In this document: positions 53,340-64,000 of the stretch, one piece after another | Layout: each line of letters begins with the position of its first letter | How positions within the stretch are numbered: position 1 is the first letter of the stretch | NCBI RefSeq assembly: GCF_001194135.2 | Contig: NC_069004.1 | Span: 13,982,492 to 14,046,491, forward strand | Source: Octopus bimaculoides | Lineage: Eukaryota | Direction: 5' to 3' | DNA: 64,000 nucleotides | The notes under the pieces: model-generated | Seen by the model: the letters and a program-made list of their open reading frames with translations, nothing else | Databases searched by the model: none | Told to the model about the DNA's origin: nothing | Position numbers and translations under genes: made by a program

Positions 53340-53460
53340 CACACAAACACTCACACTATATTATTTCAATTATATAGATACACAAAACCTACACAAACAC
53401 AAAATGTTTTAGCAATATACATACACACACACACAAACGCGCTGCATTATTTTGGTCGTA
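52690..53460 (+). repeat. Degenerate ~40-bp minisatellite
   Basis: About 15 units resembling tatagatacacaaa(c/t)acccacactattattttact/agtga. Confidence 0.85.
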
Positions 53461-56261
53461 CAAATTCATGAACACCCACCCATATTATATTTTGCTTTGG
53501 TGATACAGATTTAAGTGAAAACATATTGTTATACAGAATGATAGCGAAGGTGGGAGTACTGTTGAAGATTACGATGTCAAAGAAAACAATGGAGATTATG
53601 ATGGCGATGTTGATTATTTCTTTCAGTTGAATATCACAATAAAAGTTTAAAAACCAAAAAAAATGGGAGAAAGAACAAGGCAAAAACCAAAAAAAGCCAA
53701 ACTAAATAAATATACAAAACAAGAAGAGTCAACATTATTTTGAATCAAGTGATAAAGTCTCATGAGATATGTGTGGTGTGTACACACACACACAAACACA
53801 GTTATCACAAAGTCTTTCATAAACTCAAATGACTAAAATGTTTTTTTGTATGAGGCTTGAAGAGACAGGTCTTGATTAAAGATTAAATTATGAAAATTTT
53901 CATAAAACCTCAGTCAAAATAGATGAAAGTATGTGCATGTGTATACACGTGTGTGGTTATTTCTGTATGTTTGTAAGTTAGTGGGAATGAAGTACTATTT
54001 GAAATTGAATTTAGTATGGTACCAGATATAAAAAGTATAAAATGTACCCACATACTTACACAAACACACATGTTATTAGCTTATTATTAATTTAATTCTG
54101 GGTTAAGGTGACACGTTGGCAGAATCATTAGAATGCTGTAATCGACTTAATCCCTTTGTCTGTCCTTGTTTGTCCCCTCTATGTTTAGCCCCTTGTGGGC
54201 AATAAAGAAATAAGAATAATTAGAATGCTGGGAAAAAAACTTGGCAGCATTTCATCCATTGTTACATTCTGGGTTCAAATTCTGCTAAGGTTGACTTTCC
54301 TTTCATTCTTTTGATGTTGATAATATAAGCACCAGATGAGTACAGCAGGTGATGTAATCGACTTAGCCACCCCACTGAAACCGCTGGCCTTGAGCCAAAA
54401 TTTGAAACCAATTCATTTCAGAGTTATCCTTGTCTAGCAAGTGATTTGATTTAAGCCTAAGTGTTGAAACAAGTGATTGCATCATTGAAAAGCCAATTTA
54501 TACATCCAGCCATTCATTTTTTTCTACCCACCATTCCTAGGAGGGTTGTGGTGGTAGAGATCGCCAGGTAGCTTCATAATGAGGTCCTATCATAAGCAAG
54601 TATCATTAGACATTCTGGCTCGATTTCCAAGCGTGACTAACTGAAACTATGGATCTGCTTACTTCATCATCATTTCCTGCCTTTAACTCCACTGGCAGCA
54701 GAATGTGCACTAACATGAGATAGTTGCTCCCATAGTATGAATCTACATTAGTGGACATATCTCATGTTAGTTTCATCAACCATACTCTTCCATGTTGACT
54801 TTGGGAATGCTGGAAGATGATATTAATTTTGGAGTTTTCCTTCTCATTGACTGATTGCTAAAGAGTTCAGTCTACCCTTACAAAAACCTATTTAACCCAT
54901 AGATGGGACCCTGAAAAGTACTACCATTCCAGGCCAGAACTAATCTAGGAGTAATTGTAATTAAGGAGTGACTGCTCACCCCACCTCCAAGTACAGTTTA
55001 ATGTTTTACCCATCATATCTTACTTCTAATAGTTCTTCTTCACATGTTACATCAAATTCAACTGGATTTGCAGTAAAACATATTCACCATTCAGTCATAC
55101 ACCTTCAGGTTCAAACTAGCATTAAATTTTTTCCGGCTATTTTTGAAGTTCACTAACCCCACTTATCAGCCCTGAGCATGAGGTGATAACTAGGTACTCT
55201 GTACCCAATTGTCATATCCAGAACATAAAAACATAAATATCACAAACAAAAAGAGGTTAACAGAAAATTACTGCACAAAAATTTTGAGGATATTATTTGG
55301 GATTAGCCATCTGTCAATCTGAAACCAACATTGCATCAATACACATGTCAGCTGATTGAGAAGACCCCCCCCCTCCCCATCACATTGTTTAAGAAATATC
55401 ATTAATAATTTTCCACTTGAAATATCTAATTTTTAACTAATTCCAAGTCATCCCCTGAATACAGTTGACTGGAAATTCCTACTGATCTTTATCAGAATCT
55501 AAAATCTATCACTCCCTCTTCAGCTGTAAACAATTTACATTGTTGTCTTTTTATTTTTTACTCACTCGAAGTGTTCAGGTGTGGTGAGCACACCATGGTT
55601 GAAAAATTTGTATAACAACACCGAAAACAATGTTATCTCTGAGATAAAACTTGTAAACAAATTCTGCATTGATGACTGATAGGTCAATTTATTTTTAGTT
55701 TGACTAGATTTTAATCATGGTGTTTACCAATTCCTACCAAGTTGGAAATTAGGCTGAGTGTGAGGTTTAAAACTCCCAGCAAACTGAGGATTACAGCTTG
55801 AGCAGGTTACATTGATAAATGAATCTTACAGTTTTCTTTACTGTTATAACATCTTTATAACATATCATTAGACTAACGAAATTGCCCCTTTAAAAGATTA
55901 CAATGGAAAAGATCAAGTATTTCAATAAACAAGGAAAGCAACATTTCGTTTTTCAATTATAAGTGTTATATTGGCTCATTGAAGCTGCAAATTAATTTAA
56001 TTATATTTCTTAAAAATGACTGCCAAATATAATTTGTGTTTTATTTTTTCTTAACAATATTGGCAGAGATCAATGTCATTTTCGCTTTCAACAAACAGTA
56101 TGATACTCTCATATAATTCAATAAAACAAGTCACACACACACTCTTTGAGAGCCAACAAACTTCTGAGAGTTATAGCAACTCGGTAAATTGTTCATTACT
56201 GTCTAAGCGCGCCTGTCAAAATATTCTGTCAATTTTTGATACTTGCTTTCTTCTTATTTAA

Positions 56262-56478
56262 CCCTTTAGCATTCAGATAACTATGTCAAATGTTATGCTT
56301 ATTCATTCACAGTATTTTGAATTAACCATATATTATTTCATAGCTTTAAGATTTCAATGGTGTGATTGTTCATTTTTCAGAATGACATTGTAGGGTAAGC
56401 GAGAAAGGCTGGATCTTGCCAGACTGAACATAAAACAAGGTAGAATACAAGGATATAGTTGGTTTGAATGCTAAAGAG
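56262..56478. mobile_element. piggyBac-type MITE, 217 bp
   Basis: TTAA|ccctttagcattca ... tgaatgctaaagag|TTCA: 14-bp TIR with one mismatch. TTAA is intact on the left and has one substitution on the right. Confidence 0.85.
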
Positions 56479-56774
56479 TTCACTGAAGGAGAGAGAAGGG
56501 GAGAGAGAGAGAGAGAGATTTCTGAGAGACAACTGTATTCTATGGTAGTGTTGATGTTCATATTATAAGATTCAAATTTAAGATCCAAATTTTATGTTTA
56601 ATTATGAAGACTTGTGCTCAAATGTTTTCTGACAAGATATTACCTACAGACCATATAATTCATACACAAAATGTATGATACTTCCTTCTTCAAATAAGAA
56701 ACAAAACTGCAACAAAGACTCATCACTGGTAACGCTCTGTCATTATCTCATGCAACAGTACTGTTCAAGGCTCA

Positions 56775-57470
56775 TTATTATTAAGCTGGCAGAACTGTTA
56801 GCATGCTGGATGAAATGCTAAGCGATATTTTTCTAAGTTCAAATTCTGCTGAAGTCGACTTTGCCTTTCATCCTTTTGAGGTTGATAAATTAAGTACCAG
56901 TTACATACTGGAGTCAATCTAATTGACTGGCATCTTCCCCTAAAATTTCAGGCCTTGTGCCTTTAGTAGAAAGGATTATAATTATTATTATTAAGGCAGC
57001 AAGCTGGCAGAATCATTGGTATGCTGGATGAAATGCTTACCAGTATTTTGCCTGTTATTATGTTCTGAGTTCAAATTCTGCCAAAGTTGACTTTGCCTTT
57101 CATTCTTTTGAGCTCAATAAAATAAGTACCAGTTGGACACTGGGGTCAATGTAGTCAACTCATCCCCTCCCCCAAAATAGCTGCTCTTATGGCAAAATTT
57201 GAAACCGTAATTATTATTATTATTATTGCAAAGGTAGTGAGCTGGTAGAATTATTAGCACATCAAGCAAAATGCTTAGCTGTATTTCTTCCGGCTTAATG
57301 TTCTGAGTTCAAATTTCACCGAGGTCAACTTTGCCTTTCACCCTTTCAGGATCGATAAATTAAGTACCAGTTGAATACTGGGATTGATGTAGTTGACATA
57401 CCCCTACCCCAAAATTGCTGGCCCTGTGTCATAGTTTGAAATCATCATTATTATTATTATTATTATTATT
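56775..57470 (+). mobile_element. Three head-to-tail SINE C copies separated by (ATT)n
   Basis: Heads at about 56783, 56993 and 57231, each preceded and followed by (ATT)n. Confidence 0.9.
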
Positions 57471-59084
57471 GCTACATATGATTTCACAGCAGTAAATAGC
57501 CCTGTATCTGTAACAAAATTTACAGTAAATATCACATCTTTGTGCGATGCACTATTTTTATCAAAACACTACATTTCCCATCAATAAAGCATTAATGTCC
57601 AACTGCATAGAAAATGGTGAGTTTTGAAGACCATTAATAAATTTATTTTCAACATTAACCCATTTCATCAAAGTGTAGTCTTAGAGTTTTTATAACTTAA
57701 GTTAGAACTTAATGCACAGCTGTTGAGAAAACACTTTGATAGAAAGTGTTATCAAAGTTCCACCTATATTATGGCTGTTACTGCTCTCTGCAATTAATTG
57801 TGATGTATGATAAGCTACAGTTTATCTATCTTCATGATTTGCCTTAAATGATGCAGTTTTTTTTAGAATGGTTTTTTAAATCTCTTATATGGTTCTCGAA
57901 AATGTTCAATAGGTTTATCATTATCTTTTGAATGTTGAGTGTAACAAGATGTTCTTGTTGCCGGCTTGATTTCATTGTTTTGTTAGAAAATGCCTTGTGG
58001 CATAATAAAAATTTGGATGTTTCTTCCAAACAACAGATTCAATAAACCTACTTCCAAATACTCTGGTAAATAGCCGGAAGGATATTTATTTTTTCTAGAC
58101 ATATGTAAGGTAAATTGTCAAACAAAACAAAAAAATTCACAACACAATCACAAATGAAAATTAGAAACCTTTCCTTGTATCAGTCAACATATTTCTCCTG
58201 AGTAACTTATATCTCATGTCATCCCTTATATCAACCATTTTGTTGAAATAATGCAATAGAAATGACTCATACATCATACACTGCTTCTTATACGAATCAC
58301 TTCACTGAAGGAGAGAGAAGGAGAGAGAGAGAAAGAGAGAGATATTTCTGGTAGACAACTGTATACTATGGTGTTGTTGATGTTGATATTATATTCAGTG
58401 AGCCTTTTATTTGAACAACAGATATCTTCATTCTATGACTACGAAAATCTAAAAACATGTAAGGTTTAATTTCTGGACTTCATGACACACTGTGCCCTTG
58501 TAGACGAGACAAGAGATGTGGCTTTGAGTCCTACGAGTGGCCTTTGACTTTTTCTATCCAGCAACCCAATATATACATGCTATTCTTTATAGCTGTATGT
58601 GATGTGCTTCGAGAAGCATTATTCCAAAAAATAATTATTTCACATTCTCTTGAAAGTTTATAAAATTCTTATGACGTCAGCAATCATCATCATCATCGTT
58701 TAACGTCCGTTTTCCATGCTGCCATGGGTTGGACGGTTTGACTGGGGACTGGCAAGCCAAGAGGCTGCACCAGGTTCCAAACTGATCTGGCAATATTTCT
58801 ACAGCTGGATTTCCTTCCTAACATCAACCACTCCGAGAGTGTGGTGGGTGCTTTTTACATGCCACCAGTGTGGGAGCCAGTCAGGCGGTACTGGCATCAG
58901 CCATGTTTGGATGGTGCTTTTTACGTGCCACTGGTATGGGGAGCCAGTCAGGCGGCACTGGCAACAACCTATGCATAAATGGTGCTTATTGCATGCCACC
59001 AGCACAGGAGCCAGTCAGGCAGCACTGGCATCGGCCACAACTACAATTTCCACACATACATGTACACATGTGTACACATACACA

Positions 59085-59142
<58 letters not shown>

Positions 59143-59330
59143 TATAAACAGATATGCTTATATACTTGAATATGTGTGTGTATATATATATTATGATGTG
59201 TATATTTTATTAAATCCTTGAAATATATATATATTTCTTTCACTTGTTTCAGTCATTTGACTTCAGCCATGCTGGAGCACTGCCTTAAGTTATATATGGA
59301 AAAAGGTATACAGAGAAAGAGAATACTTAC

Positions 59331-59414
59331 TTCAGGGGTAGAAAATCTTAATTCGGCTGTTTTATTCTTTAAATCCCACACAACCACTGCACCCGATTCA
59401 AAACCTATCAAGAG
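59331..59414 (-). CDS. STXBP5: Tomosyn (syntaxin-binding protein 5) internal coding exon, 84 bp, phase 0/0: LLIGFESGAVVVWDLKNKTAELRFSTPE
   Basis: Minus strand reads tttatatttcag|CTCTTGATAGGTTTTGAATCG...ACCCCTGAA|gtaagt. The peptide matches the recalled human STXBP5 segment LLIGFESGTVVLWDLKSKKADYRYTYDE. Not in the ORF track. Confidence 0.95.
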
Positions 59415-60785
59415 CTGAAATATAAAATAAATTCAATTAATCAAACTATTTCATACATTTTTCTTTTCAATCAAAAGCCCAATAATGAATAAATGGAACA
59501 GTTCACCCTCTTATCTGAGACAAATACAAAATAAGCTTTAGTGTGGCTGTTATTCATCATCATCATTTTAATGTTCACTTTCCCATGCTTTCATAGTTTG
59601 GATAGAGTTTATTGAAGCAGAACTTCTACAACTGGATGCCCTTCTCCATTGCCAAGCCCCATCTGTTTTCAAGTGAGGAAATACCTCCTGATGGACAGGG
59701 TATTAGAAACAAATGACATTCATTTACAACATTACACGATGTCAAGGGACTGCAAGGGTAATAATACTTGATTTTCCTGATGTTTTCGTGGCAATACTGC
59801 ATTTGAAATATTACATTCTTGTCTGTATAATGCAATACACATTCAACATTTCTAGAAAACAAATATAAATTTGTAGTATATTGTCAACTTAATGTGACAA
59901 TCCCAATAAGGGAACACACTACTGCCGTTTAGCCTTAGGAAGCTGGACCGCTTCCTGTTGGCCTTGACACAATTACTGTGTCCTTAATTTGTTTATATTA
60001 TATGTTGTCGATACATATATCTTTTATCTTTTACTGTTTTGAGCTGTTTGACTGCAGCCTTGTTGGAACATTGCCTTGAAAAACTTTTCGTGGAATGAAT
60101 TGACCCCAACCCCACTTATTTTACTGATTTATTTTTTATCCTTAAGCGTGGTACTTATCCTATCAGTCTCTCATTATGAATAGATTTTCTTTTCAAGAAA
60201 TTTAAGCATTGACATGNNNNNNNNNNNNNNNNNNNNNNNNNNNNNNNNNNNNNNNNNNNNNNNNNNNNNNNNNNNNNNNNNNNNNNNNNNNNNNNNNNNN
60301 NNNNNNNNNNNNNNNNNNNNNNNNNNNNNNNNNNNNNNNNNNNNNNNNNNNNNNNNNNNNNNNNNNNNNNNNNNNNNNNNNNNNNNNNNNNNNNNNNNNN
60401 NNNNNNNNNNNNNNNNNNNNNNNNNNNNNNNNNNNNNNNNNNNNNNNNNNNNNNNNNNNNNNNNNNNNNNNNNNNNNNNNNNNNNNNNNNNNNNNNNNNN
60501 NNNNNNNNNNNNNNNNNNNNNNNNNNNNNNNNNNNNNNNNNNNNNNNNNNNNNNNNNNNNNNNNNNNNNNNNNNNNNNNNNNNNNNNNNNNNNNNNNNNN
60601 NNNNNNNNNNNNNNNNNNNNNNNNNNNNNNNNNNNNNNNNNNNNNNNNNNNNNNNNNNNNNNNNNNNNNNNNNNNNNNNNNNNNNNNNNNNNNNNNNNNN
60701 NNNNNNNNNNNNNNNNNNNNNNNNNNNNNNNNNNNNNNNNNNNNNNNNNNNNNNNNNNNNNNNNNNNNNNNNNNNNNNNNNNNNN

Positions 60786-60820
<35 letters not shown>

Positions 60821-62173
60821 TATGCATAAATAAATACACATGCACACACACATACAAGATATATCTATCTATCTACATATATATATGCATACATATGTAT
60901 GTATGTATAACATACATATACATACACATATGCACATATACATACATGTATAGACATGCATGCACATACACATACACACACACACACACATGCATACAGA
61001 AAGAGAGACAGAGAAGTACATGTTAGCAGAGAGATGTTATTAGTGGGAGGTTAACAATAATGCATATTGTCTGAGGCCAGCCAGCAATATGGAATCAGTT
61101 ATATAACAAAACAGCCTGATTTCATTGAAAGATGAAACAAAAAACAACAAAAAGCAAATAAAATAAAAAACAAACCCCAATCGAACTGAAAATAGCCTTG
61201 ATGTTAGAAATTATTGAATCAATGTCAATGTTTAGTTAGAGCTTTTTATGTTGGAGTTTTGTTGAATTTGATCTTTTGTTCCTTCAATTGTGAAATGAGT
61301 GGTTAGACACGAGTTCAATTACTGTTTGTAACTGGTGCAACAACAACAACAACAACATCACTCACACACAACCTCACCACTACCACCATCACCATCATCA
61401 TCATCATCACTACTATGGAAAAAATGAGAGGCTGCTATGATGGTTGCTAGTTAATACAGCGTGCTGTTAAATTAAGAATAGGAATCCAAGATACATGTTG
61501 TTCAACAACAACACACTCAACATCAACATCATTATCAACAACAACAACAACAACAACAATAAAATCAATATTGTCGATGCTTGTGATTTATTTATGTAGT
61601 ACATGCATTATATATTAACAATTGTGTCTTTGGTCTCTACCATGCAATTTGAACAGATTAAAACAATATATAGATATATATCATCAACCACATCTGTTTT
61701 GTCTGTCTTTGTGTGTCTCTGAGCAGCCTGTCTCTTTTGCAGGTGTACGTGTGTATGCGAGAGAGTGAAAGAGAGAAGTGTCAAGGTGTCCTGCTCAGTC
61801 AGTTGACAAAGTATTCTGGAAGAAAATAATTGCATTACAATGAAAAAAACAGAGAAGAACTGAGAGCATAGAAAACGTTCACAATGAAACCGAATGAAAC
61901 AAGACAACATTACATAATAATAATAATAATGATAAGAAACCTTTCTACTGTAGGCACAAGGCCTGAAATTGTGGCAAAGGGGGCTAGTTGATTACATTGA
62001 CCCCACTGTGAAACTGGTACTTATTTCATTGACCCCAAAAGGATGAAAGGTAAAGTCAACCATGGTGGAATTTGAACTCAGAACATAAAGATGGATGAAA
62101 TACCGCTAAGCATTTCGTCCGATGTGCTAAAGATTCTGCCAGTTTGCTGCCTTAATAATAATAATAATAATAA

Positions 62174-62559
62174 AAATGTGGAATCTGAAGTCAAAAACAA
62201 TACCTATTGTCATAGGTGCCCTGGGAATGACAGCGAAACGGGCTGATTACTACCTAGATCAGATTCCAGGAAGCCCCAAAATGGCTGAAGTTCAAAAGAT
62301 AGTGCTCATGGGAACTGCCCATATCCTACGTAAAATACTGTCTATGTGATCTCAAATTTTAAAGCAAACACATAATTTTCTTATGGTTTCTTAAACATTC
62401 ACTTGAACAAAACTGTACAAATCCAAATATATGGTACCCTAGGCATAACACCTACATGAACTTCTAACTTGTTGTCTCTTGAGGTCTCTGGGTGAGACTT
62501 GGATCCAACTTGTACAAATGCAAAACAAAAGTCAAACATAAAATAATAATAATAATAAT
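62174..62559 (+). mobile_element. 5'-truncated Dong/R4-like (RLE) non-LTR retrotransposon inserted in (TAA)n
   Basis: Intact frame MWNLKSKTIPIVIGALGMTAKRADYYLDQIPGSPKMAEVQKIVLMGTAHILRKILSM* (62176-62349), then a 3' UTR. (TAA)n lies on both sides. Confidence 0.8.
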
Positions 62560-62837
62560 CCTTTCTACACAAGGCACAAGGCCTGAAACTTGATGGGAGG
62601 TGATTAATCGATTACATCGACCCCCGTGTGTGACTGGTACTTAATTTATTGACACCAAACAGATGAAAGGCAAAGTCGACCTCAGCGGAATTTGAAGTCA
62701 GAACATAGCTACAGGCAAAATACCGCTAAACATTTCACCTGGCATGCTAATGATTCTACCAGCTTGTTGCCTTAATAATAATATATGCTAATGGAAAAAA
62801 TATATGATAATATATGCTATTGAAAAAAAAAAAAATA

Positions 62838-63004
62838 GAAATTGAGAAATATCAGGACCTAGCCAAAGAGTTGAGGAGACTGTTGAAGAATAAGATGACA
62901 ATTATTTCTGTGGTAATTGGTGCACTTAACACAACATCCAAAATGCTACCTAAGAAACTGTAGGATATTGGAACTGAGACTCACATTGTCAACCGCAAAA
63001 CAAC
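62838..63004 (+). mobile_element. Second, older Dong/R4-like RLE-domain fragment
   Basis: EIEKYQDLAKELRRLLKNKMTIISVVIGALNTTSKMLPKKL*DIGTETHIVN matches the K..KY..L and VIGALG pattern of RLE domains. Confidence 0.7.
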
Positions 63005-63624
63005 ATTCGTGTTCAGTAATATAGCAGGCAATAGTTATAAACAAGTTTAAAACAAGGCTAGTGTGAGTGCTCATTTGGCCAGTAAGCATTTATGATAGTA
63101 TTGGCTCTTACTCTGAGTGGAACATTGGGCCTACCACCTCACCAGCCACCATGTAGAGTATGCCTGCCGTTCCTGCCACAAACACGCACCCTATTCTGAC
63201 GACCAACCTGCACTGCACTGCACCATGCACATTTATCAGTGGCTGTACATTTTATACAGCAACAGAATCATCAAGCTCATCGCTATGACTTTCTGGGTCT
63301 AAATCATCGTCAGATTCACTCTCAAGATCAGCATCATTGCCAAAATCATCATTGTCAATAGCCTCTACATCAGATGACAACACTTGGTTCAAGACATCAC
63401 TCACAGACAGGTTTCTTTGACTCATTTTCATGAAAAACTAGTGGGAGCAGCTTCAATCATCGGGAAGTACACCCTTTGATAGTGTACGTACAGACCAATG
63501 ACCAGATGCAACAATGTCGCTAATTGATGAGTGATATGTTTGTAAACAGTACAATGTTGCAACCGGAATAGCAGCTGCTGTGGCTGGTGGCTGGAATAGT
63601 CACTGCTGGAGTTCTGAGGGTTAA
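63005..63624 (-). mobile_element. piggyBac-like transposon 5' end with the acidic N-terminal start of a transposase
   Basis: Minus strand begins TTAA|CCCTCAGAACTCC. ORF at 63431-63252 encodes MKMSQRNLSVSDVLNQVLSSDVEAIDNDDFGNDADLESESDDDLDPESHSDELDDSVAV*. No catalytic domain or second TIR is seen. Confidence 0.55.
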
Positions 63625-64000
63625 CCACTAAGCCACACATCAATAAAATATTTACCAGTTGAGCACTAGAGTGGATGTAATCGATTCCCTGCTCCCTTCA
63701 AAATTACTAGCTTTGATCCAAAATTAGAAAGAAATATTACATTTAAGTGTTATTACATTCATAAGTTCCTCTCTTAATCTCTTTTATTTTATATCAGTAA
63801 CTTTTCCACTGACCACTTTCAACATGACACCAAAGCAGAGCAATATAGGTTTTAACACATTGTTTCTGAACAAAATTTTTTTACGACGAAATATTGTTCG
63901 GAAACAAAAACCTAGAAACTTCTCCCTCTCTCTGTCTTTAGTCCCTCATTATTTTTGGCTGGCTCAAAATTTGATTGCCAGTTTCACACCTAAAGACTTC

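Noticed and set aside
52690-53460. CRISPR-like periodic array
   Set aside because: Eukaryotic context, degenerate units without unique spacers, no cas genes.
53529-53645. Plus-strand acidic stretch NDSEGGSTVEDYDVKENNGDYDGDVDYFF after a tacag
   Set aside because: No donor, no recognisable homology, ends in a stop; probably decayed GAT-rich sequence.
59507-59514. Possible 8-nt microexon (tttgtctcag|ATAAGAGG|gtgaac) 92 bp upstream of the 84-bp exon
   Set aside because: Weak donor, would shift the frame, and the intron left would be very short; no support without RNA data.
61690-61910. Plus-strand acceptor-like site tctcttttgcag at about 61742
   Set aside because: No open frame or matching donor follows; cannot support an antisense exon.

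Overview
AT-rich, microsatellite- and gap-riddled eukaryotic genomic DNA. The repeat landscape looks like an octopus (coleoid cephalopod) draft scaffold; this is an inference. The only host coding sequence I can support is four short minus-strand exons (439 bp in total) of a tomosyn/STXBP5 gene, covering part of the N-terminal WD40 region: 59331-59414, 33749-33872, 30194-30269 and 6408-6562. All four have AG/GT boundaries and compatible phases, and they are separated by introns of about 25.5, 3.5 and 23.6 kb. Two of these exons are absent from the ORF track. The introns are packed with mobile DNA: several modular tRNA-derived SINE families (my labels A1, A2, C, D, E), RTE and CR1/L2-group LINE ends, Dong/R4-like fragments, a Ty3/Gypsy pol relic, a full-length decayed mariner, Tc1-, hAT- and piggyBac-type MITEs, a piggyBac 5' end, and a Penelope-like fragment with a hammerhead-ribozyme-like motif. 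The most interesting observations are: (i) one SINE head carries two alternative tails, each matching the 3' end of a different LINE present in the same window; (ii) several elements insert into specific microsatellites; (iii) a sense-oriented piggyBac end has an in-phase acceptor that could act as an exon trap; (iv) there are hammerhead-like motifs; (v) close inverted repeats could give dsRNA in the pre-mRNA. All alignments were done by eye and no database search was run. Repeat boundaries are approximate to about 10-20 bp unless a TIR or TSD is quoted.
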